NCBI GenBank assembly: GCA_046760145.1
Contig: JBHIDO010000002.1
Span: 1 to 58,086, forward strand
Direction of reading: 5' to 3'
Source of the DNA: Candidatus Aenigmatarchaeota archaeon
Lineage (GTDB): Archaea > Aenigmatarchaeota > Aenigmatarchaeia > Aenigmatarchaeales > Aenigmatarchaeaceae
Length of the DNA stretch: 58,086 nucleotides
In this document: in pieces, positions 43,707-53,901 of the stretch
Numbering within the stretch: the stretch's first letter is position 1
Layout of the letters: each line of letters starts with the position of its first letter
The notes under the pieces: model-generated
Database searches by the model: none
Told to the model about the DNA's origin: nothing
Seen by the model: only the letters and a program-made list of their open reading frames with translations
Made by a program: the position numbers and the translations under genes

Positions 43707-45098
43707 TTACTTAACCTTTACAGAAACTGTTCTGGTTTTTCCCAAACCTCTCAAAGGAATTACATTTGATTTTCTTGTTAATAGTCTTCCCCTATGTGCA
43801 GCTTTAACAGAAGCTGATGGTAATACAACTTTTCCTACTATATCTCTTAAGGCTTTAATTTCATAATGTAGCATCCTTTCTTCATGAGCTCTTATTTTAC
43901 CTATTCTCCATACTAATTCTGTTCCTGCTGCAACCTTTCTTATAATTGGTTTTATAGTTGCAAATTTACTAACAATTGTAAAATCTGATGGAACAATATC
44001 TCTTACAATAACTCTTCCCATTTCTCTTCTTCTATTTTTAATATTTAAGGAAATGGAAGTTTGTTTACCCTTTCTAATATTTCTTGTAGTAATATTTTTT
44101 GAAATAGATAATGCAATAAATTGCCAATAAATAAATAAACCAATTGAAACTGCAAATATTATGAAGATGTAAGTTGGCCAATAAATTTCAGAATAACTTA
44201 ATGTTACTGTTTCATCTGGTTCTATTCTTGTTAACCATAAATATTCATTATCTGCAATGAAAGCTGGGGTTGGTCCAGAATATAGAGAATACCATTCTTT
44301 AGAAACTTCTGATCTTATTTCTGCGTCTCCTCCTTTATTTCCTTCGTTTGTAGCCGTGATTGTAATAAAGCTCCCAAATGGTGTTGTTGAAACTTCTTTA
44401 TCATAGACAATATCAACAATTTGAGGAATCACAAAATTTTTGGTGTCGGTATAAAGGTTATTTCCAGCAACATCAAGTACTTTTACCTCAACTGTATAGT
44501 TATGCGGTTCCATATCTTTCAAGGAATATGTTTCCTGAAAATATTCAGTATCATATGGTTCTAGAATTCCAATAGGAATTATTTTTTCTTTATCAAACAT
44601 TGTTAACTTAACATTCAAGTCCAAATCTCTTGTTCCTATGTTTTCAACAGTTCCAGAAACTGTTAATTTATCTTTACAACTTATACAACTTAAACTAAAA
44701 TCTTTTACAATAGCATCTGTTACTTGCTTAACGTATATTAGAAAATCTTCTTCTAGATATTCATTTGTATTACTCTTGGTAATCTTTAATGTATATTGAT
44801 ATGTAGCAGAAGTTGCATCTTTTGCTGGCTTAACATAAATGTTCATTGAACCACTTCCACTAGCAGGAATTTTTATTAGACCAGGATACTCAGGACTTAC
44901 CCATTCTAGTGGAACTCCTACAACAGAAACTTCAAACCATTGCTCAGGTCCAGGATTATTAATATTCAAAGTTATTATTCCTGTCCTTCCAGCATAATAT
45001 TCTTTATCTACATCAAGACTTATTGTAAAATCTTGAGCTTTAACCAATATTATAGAAAATAAGAAAATTATTAAAAAAGTAAAGATTATTTTTTTCAT
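43707..45098 (-). CDS. Secreted/membrane-anchored beta-sandwich repeat protein (putative cell-surface protein)
   Basis: Signal peptide MKKIIFTFLIIFLFSIILVKA, beta-rich repeats, and an internal TM helix YIFIIFAVSIGLFIYWQFIAL. The start is trimmed to 45098 to avoid the aIF2-gamma overlap. Confidence 0.55.
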   Translation of the reverse strand: MKKIIFTFLIIFLFSIILVKAQDFTISLDVDKEYYAGRTGIITLNINNPGPEQWFEVSVVGVPLEWVSPEYPGLIKIPASGSGSMNIYVKPAKDATSATYQYTLKITKSNTNEYLEEDFLIYVKQVTDAIVKDFSLSCISCKDKLTVSGTVENIGTRDLDLNVKLTMFDKEKIIPIGILEPYDTEYFQETYSLKDMEPHNYTVEVKVLDVAGNNLYTDTKNFVIPQIVDIVYDKEVSTTPFGSFITITATNEGNKGGDAEIRSEVSKEWYSLYSGPTPAFIADNEYLWLTRIEPDETVTLSYSEIYWPTYIFIIFAVSIGLFIYWQFIALSISKNITTRNIRKGKQTSISLNIKNRRREMGRVIVRDIVPSDFTIVSKFATIKPIIRKVAAGTELVWRIGKIRAHEERMLHYEIKALRDIVGKVVLPSASVKAAHRGRLLTRKSNVIPLRGLGKTRTVSVKVK

Positions 45099-45130
45099 AC
45101 AAATCATTAGTACTTGCAAGTTTAAATAAT

Positions 45131-46345
45131 TTATTCTATAATTCCCCAACCAATAAGTCTCCATCTATCTGAAATTCTTCTTGATAAAACTACTCTTTCT
45201 CCTTTCTCTGCACATACTGGAATTTTTAAATTAATCTCACATTTTTTATTTTTTATACTTTTTACTATTCCCAATGTTCTAGATGTTCCAATATTCAGCA
45301 TTAACTGCTCTTCCTTTTTTATAGGTTCTATTTCTAAATCTAATATTTTTTCAAATAATTCTACTTTCAGAGAAACATTATATAATATATCTGGTAAGTC
45401 CTTACCAGCTCTTGTTCCTGTCAAGAAATCAGCTTTGGTTAGTGAAGGGTCTAATTCTGTTAACACCCCTAATAAACCTCCAGGACCAACTTCTTTTAAA
45501 TTTTTTCCAGCTTTTTGTAGTCCAATAACCTTTGTTTCTAAGGAAATCCATTTATTTTTAATTTGAATTCCTGGTTTTATTTCTATTTTATCATTAATTT
45601 TTAATTTTCCTTGTAACAGAGCTCCTCCTAGAACTCCACCTTTCAGATTTTTAATTTCAGTTCCTGGTTTATTAATGTCAAATGATCTTACTACGAACAT
45701 TTGAGAAGGTTTTGAAATATCTCTTTCTGGGGTTGGTAAATATTCTTGAATAGCTTCTAAGACTTTATCAATGTTAATCTTTTGTTCAGAAGAAACAGGA
45801 ATTATTGGTGCATTATCAGCTATTGTTCCCTTTATAAATTCTTGGATTTGTTTATAATTTTCTAGAGCTTCTTCTTTTGAAACTAAATCAATTTTATTTT
45901 GAACTATGACTATATTTTTAATTCCTACAATATCTAAGGCCATTAAATGTTCTTTTGTTTGTGGTTGAGGACATTTTTCATTTGCAGCTATTACAAATAA
46001 TACACCATCCATTAAATTTGCACCTGCAAGAACTGTTGCCATTAATGTTTCGTGACCAGGAGCATCTACAAATGATACTGTTCTTACTGGTTCTGCCTTT
46101 TCCATACATTTTCCACACTTATCCTTAGAAATAAATTTTCCGCATTTTTTACATTTATAAATTGTTGCATCTGCATAACCCAATTTTATTGTGATTCCTC
46201 TTTTTAGTTCTTCAGAATGAGTTGCAGGCCATTTTCCAGAAATAGCCTCAACTAAAGTAGATTTACCATGATCAACATGACCAAGAGTACCAATATTAAC
46301 TTCTGGTATTAATTTTGGATCTATTTCTTCTTTGATTTCACTCAC
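45131..46345 (-). CDS. eif2g: Translation initiation factor 2 subunit gamma
   Basis: GHVDHGKSTL, the zinc knuckle CKKCGKFISKDKCGKC, DAPGHE, NKIDL. Confidence 0.95.
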   Translation of the reverse strand: MSEIKEEIDPKLIPEVNIGTLGHVDHGKSTLVEAISGKWPATHSEELKRGITIKLGYADATIYKCKKCGKFISKDKCGKCMEKAEPVRTVSFVDAPGHETLMATVLAGANLMDGVLFVIAANEKCPQPQTKEHLMALDIVGIKNIVIVQNKIDLVSKEEALENYKQIQEFIKGTIADNAPIIPVSSEQKINIDKVLEAIQEYLPTPERDISKPSQMFVVRSFDINKPGTEIKNLKGGVLGGALLQGKLKINDKIEIKPGIQIKNKWISLETKVIGLQKAGKNLKEVGPGGLLGVLTELDPSLTKADFLTGTRAGKDLPDILYNVSLKVELFEKILDLEIEPIKKEEQLMLNIGTSRTLGIVKSIKNKKCEINLKIPVCAEKGERVVLSRRISDRWRLIGWGIIE

Positions 46346-46805
46346 CTTCCCATTGTCTTATTTTCCAAGCTTTTAATTCCTCGGAGTATGGTAAATCTTC
46401 TGGTAATGGGTTTACAGTATAAATTTCAATGTTTTTATTATGACAAATATTTAAACCATAAGCATAAGCTATTTCTGCAAACGTATTACCTCCTATATAA
46501 TTTTTTATTCCATTTTTATCATAATTTAAAACTAAAAGTATATCACTTTCTTTAATTTTTTGAAAATGTTTTTTGGTTGCTATTCTTTTGTATCTTTCAA
46601 ATTCTTCTAGGTTTCCTTCGACATCACGAATAGCATGAAAATCTCCATTATATTTACTATACATAAGAGGGGTTTCAACTTCAAATCCTTGGCTTTCTAA
46701 TTTTTTCTTCCATTCTATAATTTTCTTAGCATGTTTCATACTACTACAAATAACTACTCTTTTGAATTTACTCACCTTCCTTTTTTTCTTCTTTAGGTTT
46801 CTCAA
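46338..46805 (-). CDS. Hypothetical Rossmann-like protein (nucleoside 2-deoxyribosyltransferase-like?)
   Basis: VVICSSMKHAKK...ESDILLVLNYDKNGIKNYIGGNTFAEIAYAYGL pattern. It overlaps both S6e (38 nt) and aIF2-gamma (8 nt). The start is uncertain. Confidence 0.35.
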   Translation of the reverse strand: MRNLKKKKRKVSKFKRVVICSSMKHAKKIIEWKKKLESQGFEVETPLMYSKYNGDFHAIRDVEGNLEEFERYKRIATKKHFQKIKESDILLVLNYDKNGIKNYIGGNTFAEIAYAYGLNICHNKNIEIYTVNPLPEDLPYSEELKAWKIRQWEGE

Positions 46806-47286
46806 TCTTTTTTTCTTCTACTTTCTTTTCTTTAACTTCCTCTTTTGGTTTTTCTTCTTTAACTTCTTCCTTCTTCTCTTCTCCCTTGATTCCTAACATT
46901 GCAGGGATATTACCCTCACCTTCAATAATTTTAACATTAACTTGTGCAATATCATTAGAAATTGTATTTCCTCTAATATATTTTCTTTTTCTCATTCCCT
47001 TTATTTTAACTTTAATTTTCTTTCCTCTCTTCTTTTTTATTTTATAGCCTCTAAAACCTGTTCCTTTAGTTAACAAAGCTTTTCTTCTCATTGTACCTTC
47101 TAAATCTTTTCTCATTGGAACTCCATCCTTATCAGAACCTCCAGTAATTTCTAATTTAAAACCTGTTAAACCTAATGGAGAACCATCAAAAGTATCACCA
47201 ATCTTCATTCCAATTAAGATTGGGAGTTCTTTTTCAATTTGATAAGCTTTTCTTGTTTTAGGATCAGATATTACTATTTTAAACAC
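46768..47286 (-). CDS. rps6e: 30S ribosomal protein S6e with a K/E-rich C-terminal tail
   Basis: FKIVISDPKTRKAYQIE...GFKLEITGGSDKDGVPMR core, then EEKKEEVKEEKPKEEVKEKKVEEKKIEKPKEEKKEGE. Confidence 0.9.
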   Translation of the reverse strand: MFKIVISDPKTRKAYQIEKELPILIGMKIGDTFDGSPLGLTGFKLEITGGSDKDGVPMRKDLEGTMRRKALLTKGTGFRGYKIKKKRGKKIKVKIKGMRKRKYIRGNTISNDIAQVNVKIIEGEGNIPAMLGIKGEEKKEEVKEEKPKEEVKEKKVEEKKIEKPKEEKKEGE

Positions 47287-47363
47287 TTTATCACCCCAGT
47301 TTTGTGGTTAAACCACTCACTACCAGGTTGTTTAATAATTATAAAGAAAGTATTTAAATGTTT

Positions 47364-48065
47364 TTAAAAGTATGGTAATAACATTGAAACTTTATTTTTA
47401 TAATCTAAATATTTTTTACCAAATTTCTTTTCTAGATAAATTTCTTCATATTTCGATAATTTGTAATAAGAAAAGACTAGAATTGGCCACATAATTATTG
47501 TTATTAGGGTTGGCCAAGCAAATAACCAAGCTGTAACAATTAATAGAATTCCAAAATATTGGGGGTGTCTAACAATTTTATAAATTCCATCAGTAACCAA
47601 TCCTTTGGACTTATAAATTTTTTTCCAACCTAAAATTATGAAAATCATTCCTGTTATAGAAAAAATTCCTGCTATTAATGAAGTTAATAACAAATCATAA
47701 TTCACACCAAAGAAATCAAAACTAAATGCTATAACAGGAGAATTCTGAGGAATACTTACAAACGAAGAAAGAAAATAAGCTGTTAAAGGGATACCAAACA
47801 TTTCTGTGAATAATGCAATTATAAAAGCTATGTAAATACTAGTAGATTTTTTCCATGTCCCTTTTTTTAATGGATGATAAATTAAGAAAAACGAAAACAT
47901 GGAAAATATAATTATATAGAATAAAACTAAATCCCATCTATTCTGAAATAAATATAAACTAGATTCTGGATTTAACAACCATGTTATGTTTTGAATAAAA
48001 TAAGGTCCTACAAATACTAAAAATAAAATAAATAATACACTGTATATCAATATACCCTTTCTCAT
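47364..48065 (-). CDS. Isoprenylcysteine carboxyl methyltransferase (ICMT)/phospholipid methyltransferase family membrane protein
   Basis: Multi-TM protein with LVTDGIYKIVRHPQYFGILL. Confidence 0.6.
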   Translation of the reverse strand: MRKGILIYSVLFILFLVFVGPYFIQNITWLLNPESSLYLFQNRWDLVLFYIIIFSMFSFFLIYHPLKKGTWKKSTSIYIAFIIALFTEMFGIPLTAYFLSSFVSIPQNSPVIAFSFDFFGVNYDLLLTSLIAGIFSITGMIFIILGWKKIYKSKGLVTDGIYKIVRHPQYFGILLIVTAWLFAWPTLITIIMWPILVFSYYKLSKYEEIYLEKKFGKKYLDYKNKVSMLLPYF

Positions 48066-49780
48066 TTTAATCCCAAGATTTCTTTAGCTAACTCAACTTC
48101 TTCTTTCATATCCAATTCTTCCAAAACCTTTAAATCATCTTTGGTAATAACAGTTGTTAATTCATCTTCCTCTTTTATTTGTCTACCAACAGTAGGACCA
48201 TCAATAGAAATTGCAACTCTATCTCCTTTTACTGCTTTTTCAATAGAAACATTTTCAGATTGAATCGCTTTTACAACTCCAATTTCTTTTCCTTGTTTTT
48301 GCAATTTAACTCCTGATTTTAAAAAACCTTCCAGAATCTCAACTCCAACTATTGCTGGGTTTGAAGCTCTGAAAACCATCCCTTTTAGTATTAATACCTT
48401 AGCAGGCCTTGTTATTGATTCTAATTTCTTTAATCTTATCTCTTCTTTGGTTTTTTCAATAAATTCTTCATAATCTTCAATCAATTTGTAAATAATATTA
48501 TTTTTTAAAATCTTTATTTTCCTGTCCATAGCTTCTTTTTTAGCAGCATCTTCAATTCCAACGTTAAACGCAATAATTATTCTTTTCAATGGATCTTTAA
48601 TAGTTTCTATCTCTATTACATCTTTTCTTAAAACATTTCCTACTTCTGCTTTTTTAATTTCAACATCTTTCAAAATGTTTATCAAAGCTTCTAAACTTCC
48701 TAATGTATCAGCCTTAAGAATTATTCCTTCACCAGTTTTTTCAAATTCAATTTCTGTTTCAGATATTAATTCTTGTTTTATTTTTTCTATATCTTTTTCA
48801 TTATGAACAGAAGCAATAGGATTTCCTGCAATTGCATTTTCTAAGTCAGGAGCAGATATTTTAATTCCAGCTGCTGCTTCTACTTTATCTACTGATTCAA
48901 ATTGCTTTTCAACTCTGATTTCTCTTAAAACTGGTGGTTTTAACAATGCTTTAATTTTTGTGACAATTGGTTCTTTTCCCCCAATAATTAACCAGTCTCC
49001 TTTTTTTATTTCTCCGTCATATAGAATGACATCAATTGTTGTTCCTAATCCTTTCACTTCTTTTACTTCTAGAATTGATCCTCTGCCAATTCCTTTGGTT
49101 ACTTCTAATTCTTTTTTGAGAAATTGTTGTGATAATCCTGACAATATCATTAATAATTCTGGAATACCTTCACCTGTAATTCCAGAACATGGAACAATTG
49201 CAATTGTTTTCTTAAAGTCTTTTATTTTGTCAAATCTTTCTGTTTCAAATCCTCTTTCAGAGATTTGTCCAATTAATTTGTACAATTCGTTATCTATTCT
49301 TTCTCTTACAAATTCTGGTTGTTTTTTATAACTTTCTAGAAAACATGCATTTTCATTTTTAATCCACCCTTCTATTCTATCGATTTTTGTTGCGGCAATT
49401 AAAAAAGGTGTTTTGAATTCTTTTAGAAATTGTAAAGATTCATCAGTTTGTGGTTTGAATCCCTCATTAATATCAATAACTAGAATTGCTAGGTCTGCAA
49501 TGCTAGTGCCACGTTTGCGTATACTCGTAAATGCAAAATGACCTGGTGTATCTAATAGTAATAATCCTGGAATTTCTATTTTTATTTTAAGTTTTTCTAA
49601 TAAATCTCCGCAAATATCCTTAATTGTTTTGATAGGAATTTCTGTTGCTCCAATATGTTGAGTTATTAATCCTGGTTCTTTTGTTACAACTAAGGTCCCT
49701 CTAATCTTGTCTAGCAAAGTTGTTTTTCCATGGTCCACATGACCTAAAACTGATACTATTGGCTGTCGCATCTTAATCAC
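48062..49780 (-). CDS. infB: Translation initiation factor aIF5B (IF-2)
   Basis: RQPIVSVLGHVDHGKTTLLD, DTPGH, ATKIDR, 572 aa. Confidence 0.95.
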   Translation of the reverse strand: MIKMRQPIVSVLGHVDHGKTTLLDKIRGTLVVTKEPGLITQHIGATEIPIKTIKDICGDLLEKLKIKIEIPGLLLLDTPGHFAFTSIRKRGTSIADLAILVIDINEGFKPQTDESLQFLKEFKTPFLIAATKIDRIEGWIKNENACFLESYKKQPEFVRERIDNELYKLIGQISERGFETERFDKIKDFKKTIAIVPCSGITGEGIPELLMILSGLSQQFLKKELEVTKGIGRGSILEVKEVKGLGTTIDVILYDGEIKKGDWLIIGGKEPIVTKIKALLKPPVLREIRVEKQFESVDKVEAAAGIKISAPDLENAIAGNPIASVHNEKDIEKIKQELISETEIEFEKTGEGIILKADTLGSLEALINILKDVEIKKAEVGNVLRKDVIEIETIKDPLKRIIIAFNVGIEDAAKKEAMDRKIKILKNNIIYKLIEDYEEFIEKTKEEIRLKKLESITRPAKVLILKGMVFRASNPAIVGVEILEGFLKSGVKLQKQGKEIGVVKAIQSENVSIEKAVKGDRVAISIDGPTVGRQIKEEDELTTVITKDDLKVLEELDMKEEVELAKEILGLK

Positions 49781-49805
49781 TAAGAATATTAAAATTTAAG
49801 AGTAT

Positions 49806-50324
49806 TTAAATTGTTTTTATATTTTCTAATACTCTATCAATAGCAATCTTAAACCAAGGGGTATACTTATCAGGATTTTCTTGAATATCTTTTCTTAATT
49901 CTTCAATATTAATCCATTTCCATTCAGAAATTTCTTTAAAATCTGGTTTAACTTCACCGTCATATTTTCCGATAAATACATGATCAAATTCATTTTCTGA
50001 CAAACCATTTTTAAAATCAGCTTTATAAATAAAACTAAATACCTCTTTTAATTCGCAATCAAAACCAAATTCTTCTTTAAGTCTCCTATGAACTGCTTGC
50101 TCTAATGTTTCTCCTTTTCTTGGATGACTACAGCACGTATTAGCCCAGAGATCACCAAAATGATATTTATCTTCTGCTCTTTTCTGAATCAATAATTGTC
50201 CTTTAGAATTAAATACAAAAATTGAAAATGCTCTGTGTAATTTTCCTCCATTCATATGGGCTTTTATCTTTTCTTCAAATCCAATTTCATTATCATTTTC
50301 ATCAACAAGTATTATTTCTTCCAT
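49806..50324 (-). CDS. idi: Isopentenyl-diphosphate delta-isomerase, type 1 (Nudix-like)
   Basis: LHRAFSIFVFNSKGQLLIQKRA..K..FGDLWANTCCSHP..GE...A..RRL.EE.G. Confidence 0.8.
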   Translation of the reverse strand: MEEIILVDENDNEIGFEEKIKAHMNGGKLHRAFSIFVFNSKGQLLIQKRAEDKYHFGDLWANTCCSHPRKGETLEQAVHRRLKEEFGFDCELKEVFSFIYKADFKNGLSENEFDHVFIGKYDGEVKPDFKEISEWKWINIEELRKDIQENPDKYTPWFKIAIDRVLENIKTI

Positions 50325-50325
50325 A

Positions 50326-51111
50326 TCATAACCTTATTATTGTTCCGATTTTTTCTCCCTTAAATGCTTTAATTATATTTTCTGAAACATTAGCATTTAT
50401 AATTTGTGATTCTACTCCAACTTCTAATAATTGTGAAATTTTTCCAAACATCCCCCCAGTAACATCAATATCACTAGAAGTTTTTAACCATTCTCTAACT
50501 TGACTAATATTCTGAGAATTAATTTCAGGAATTAATTTTGCATGTGAATCTTTTTTAGGGTCTCCTGTAAAAATTCCATCAACATTTGTTGCATGAATAA
50601 TTTTTTTAGCATTTAATTTTTTTGCTAAATATGGTGCTAATTGATCTCCTGATAATATAGAACATCCTTGAGATTTATCATAAGCAGGAACACCATATAA
50701 AACTGGAATCATTTTTGCTTGCAATAAACCCTTTATTGCAGTTAAACTCATTTCTTTTATTTTCCCTAAATCCATAACAACAAAAGAAGATGCTTGACAA
50801 GGAATTGCTGGCAAACCTTCATTAATTAAATATTTTGTTACAATAGAATTCAATTCATTTTGTAATCTTTGTGTTTCAGCAAAGGCTTTTAATTGTTCAA
50901 ATGTCTTTATTCCTTTGTTAATTCCTGTTCCCTTAACAATTGGATGACCATAAGAACCTGCACCGTGAATTAAAATCATAGATATTTCTGTATTATAAAC
51001 AGATGCTAATTCTTTTGAGATTCTTTCCAAATTTTCATAATTTACTTTTGGTTTTTTACTACTTTTATCTGTTATAATTGAGCCTCCTATTTTTAGGATA
51101 ACTAGACTCAT
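50326..51111 (-). CDS. Isopentenyl phosphate kinase
   Basis: LVILKIGGSIITDK, HGAGSYGH, and an amino-acid-kinase fold. I prefer the ATG at 51111, which removes the overlap with the GGPPS gene. Confidence 0.8.
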   Translation of the reverse strand: MSLVILKIGGSIITDKSSKKPKVNYENLERISKELASVYNTEISMILIHGAGSYGHPIVKGTGINKGIKTFEQLKAFAETQRLQNELNSIVTKYLINEGLPAIPCQASSFVVMDLGKIKEMSLTAIKGLLQAKMIPVLYGVPAYDKSQGCSILSGDQLAPYLAKKLNAKKIIHATNVDGIFTGDPKKDSHAKLIPEINSQNISQVREWLKTSSDIDVTGGMFGKISQLLEVGVESQIINANVSENIIKAFKGEKIGTIIRL

Positions 51112-51112
51112 A

Positions 51113-52162
51113 TTAAAACTCTCTTTCAACCAAGAAATTTGCAATTGCCTCTAGTTTTTTTCTTCCCTCATTCTCAGGAATTTTATTTTTCAATTCTTCT
51201 ATTGCTTTTTTACACATTTCTCTTGCATAATTTTTTGCATAACTTATTGAGTCATATTTTTTAAAAATATTAATAACTTCTAATTTTTCTTCTAGTGTAA
51301 TATCTTTTTTACCAATTAATTCTCTTAATCTTTTTTTATCATCTTCATTTGCATTCTGAAATGCGTAAACCAAAATTAAGGTTCTTTTTCCTTCTCTGAT
51401 ATCACCTGCAAAATCTTTACCTATTCCACCACCTGCAGTCCCGGGTGCAATTTTTTCTTGTTCTTCAGTCATTGTAACATTCAATATATCATCTTGAATC
51501 TGAAATGCAACACCAACTGCAGTTCCAAAATTCATTAAAGCCTTTCTTTGTTCGTCATTTCCATCTGCAATCACAGCTCCTATTGCACAAGGTGTTCCAC
51601 CAGTATAATAACCTGTTTTATGAAGAGACATTTTTTTATACCAATCAAGGGTTGCATGAGACAAATCTTTATCCCTTTGATCAATCTCAAATGCTTGTCC
51701 TTCTCCTGTTCTCATAAACATTTCATTGAATAATTCTAAAACTTTCATTGTTTTTTCTGGTCCCCAATTATCTTTTCCATTTAGAAGTGCATCATAAACC
51801 TTCATGAAAAGATAATCACCAATATTTATTGCATGGGGGATTCCATATTTAACATGCATTGATGGTCTTCCTCTTCTCATCTCAGAATAATCTTCAATAT
51901 CATCATGAACTAACAAATATGTATGGGCAATTTCTAAAGCTGCACCAGCAGGAATTGTATCATTAGGATTTCCATTTAAAGCTTCGCACGCTAAAGCGAT
52001 TAAAGCTGGTCTAAATCTCTTTCCTCCTGCACCTATGTAATGCCAACATCCCTCGAATAATATTTGTGGTTCTCCTTTTTTTGGGATTACTCTTTCTATT
52101 TCCTTATCAATTAAGGGTTTTATTTCTGTTAATATCCTTTTAATATCCTCCATAAAAATCAC
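51113..52162 (-). CDS. Geranylgeranyl diphosphate synthase (trans-polyprenyl synthase)
   Basis: LVHDDIED (first Asp-rich motif) and QIQDDILN (second). Confidence 0.88.
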   Translation of the reverse strand: MIFMEDIKRILTEIKPLIDKEIERVIPKKGEPQILFEGCWHYIGAGGKRFRPALIALACEALNGNPNDTIPAGAALEIAHTYLLVHDDIEDYSEMRRGRPSMHVKYGIPHAINIGDYLFMKVYDALLNGKDNWGPEKTMKVLELFNEMFMRTGEGQAFEIDQRDKDLSHATLDWYKKMSLHKTGYYTGGTPCAIGAVIADGNDEQRKALMNFGTAVGVAFQIQDDILNVTMTEEQEKIAPGTAGGGIGKDFAGDIREGKRTLILVYAFQNANEDDKKRLRELIGKKDITLEEKLEVINIFKKYDSISYAKNYAREMCKKAIEELKNKIPENEGRKKLEAIANFLVEREF

Positions 52163-52227
52163 TTTATACTCTTTAAAGTATATAAGTTTGTATTATTTTA
52201 TTCCTACTCTCTACATAAGGTAGTTAA

Positions 52228-52989
52228 TCAGAATTTAAATTTTTCTGCATCTTTCCATAAATTTTCAAAATAAGATTTCATAACATTTATGAATGCAGGA
52301 TTATCTGACCAAATAAAATCAGATTCAGATGGTTCATCAATTCTTATACAAACTTCTTTTCCATCAACTAAACAAATTCTTGGTTGAATTTCTAAAGGAG
52401 TCATCCTAACCTCTATTCCTTGTGATGCATACCATTTTGCTCTTGCCAATGCAATTTCATTAATAAATTTTTTTATTCCTAACATTTTAACTTTAATACC
52501 TCTCTTTCTAATTTTAATAACTTCATTATCTAACATAGGAATTCTAGAAAATTCTTTTGTTAAAGCATAGGCATATTTTTTTGTTCTCTTTGCCATTTCA
52601 GTTGATTTTTCTAAAAAAGCTCTTTTCCCTTTAGATAGCCAAATTCCACCTTTAGTTTTAGAAGGTTTTAATTCTTTCAAAATAGAATTTGCTTTAGATT
52701 GTAAATCACTAATATATTTTTTCTTTTGATTAATTATTTTTTTCAATGCAATAACTGGTTCAACAGCTCTATATTTTCTAGGTTTTGCAGAAGAAATTTC
52801 AATTAAAGATTTAGTCACTAATGACCTAACCACTTCATATATTTTTGATTGTGGAATTCCTGTTAAATTACTTATTTTGTAAGCTGTTAATGATCCGTAT
52901 TTAGTTAAAACTAGATAAGTTTTCGCTTCATATTGATTCAAACCAAATTTTGATAAATCATTAATAAGACTTTGATCCATTGTCCTCAA
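52228..52989 (-). CDS. TrmB family transcriptional regulator
   Basis: GLNQYEAKTYLVLTKYGSLTAYKISNLTGIPQSKIYEVVRSLVTKSLI winged helix. Confidence 0.8.
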   Translation of the reverse strand: MRTMDQSLINDLSKFGLNQYEAKTYLVLTKYGSLTAYKISNLTGIPQSKIYEVVRSLVTKSLIEISSAKPRKYRAVEPVIALKKIINQKKKYISDLQSKANSILKELKPSKTKGGIWLSKGKRAFLEKSTEMAKRTKKYAYALTKEFSRIPMLDNEVIKIRKRGIKVKMLGIKKFINEIALARAKWYASQGIEVRMTPLEIQPRICLVDGKEVCIRIDEPSESDFIWSDNPAFINVMKSYFENLWKDAEKFKF

Positions 52990-53491
52990 CCTTGAACTCC
53001 TTAACTACTTCTAAATGACATTTATTATAAATATTATCTTTGCATTTCTCAGGTCTTTTAGGATAAATCGCACATCTTCCATAAGTATTTAAAACAGGAC
53101 ATGCATAACCAATAGAATATTTATCCTTTTCTCTATCATAAAAAATTCTATACCAATTTTTATTTCCTACTAACCACGGTTCTTCTGGTCCTATTATTGG
53201 TTGTGGTGGTATTTCAACCATATTTTTTAAATTATTTTCAAGAATTTCAAATTCTTTCTTATAATATTTTTTAAACTGTTCAGTATTATAAGGGACGCCT
53301 AGAAATTCTTCTGAGTGCTCAAAAAAACAACAATTTCCTTCACAATTTTTACATTCAGAATGACTAAATGAATCTGAAGGAAATTTTACATCTTCTGTAA
53401 TAATCGGAAATGGTTGAATCCAAAATCTCTCTCTTTCTAATTCTTCAATTATTTCTTTTTGTAATTCTTTTGATATTGACATATTATTCAC
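52961..53491 (-). CDS. YkgJ-like Cys-cluster (CxxCxxCC) protein
   Basis: SECKNCEGNCCFF and CPVLNTYGRCAIYPKRPEKC. Confidence 0.55.
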   Translation of the reverse strand: MNNMSISKELQKEIIEELERERFWIQPFPIITEDVKFPSDSFSHSECKNCEGNCCFFEHSEEFLGVPYNTEQFKKYYKKEFEILENNLKNMVEIPPQPIIGPEEPWLVGNKNWYRIFYDREKDKYSIGYACPVLNTYGRCAIYPKRPEKCKDNIYNKCHLEVVKEFKVEDNGSKSY

Positions 53492-53855
53492 TATAAAATT
53501 CTAAAATTAGTTCATTCATAGGATATTTATCTTTAAATTCAACATATTCTTCTTTCATTATACTCAAACCTAATTTCTTCATTAATTTTTGATCTTCAAT
53601 TATTTCATTTATTTTACGTTGGATAATTTCATTCCACCTTCTTTCTAATATGTATTTTTTATCTGATTCTAAGTAAGGACAGTTTTCAATACTTTCATCA
53701 CATATAACATAATCTCGCCTTTCATAATATTCTATCATGAATTTTGGAATGCTGCTTGGTGATATTATATCTTTTCCTTCTATAGGACATGTTTTTACAG
53801 GAAAAACAACTCCTTTCAAGTTTTTACTTTCATCAACATAAGCTAACCTACACAT
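53484..53855 (-). CDS. Hypothetical protein
   Basis: 123 aa, 8-nt overlap with the downstream gene, no recognised motif. Confidence 0.4.
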   Translation of the reverse strand: MCRLAYVDESKNLKGVVFPVKTCPIEGKDIISPSSIPKFMIEYYERRDYVICDESIENCPYLESDKKYILERRWNEIIQRKINEIIEDQKLMKKLGLSIMKEEYVEFKDKYPMNELILEFYSE

Positions 53856-53901
53856 TACAACTATATTCTAAACGACGGAATATAAATATAACTACGTCAG
53901 T

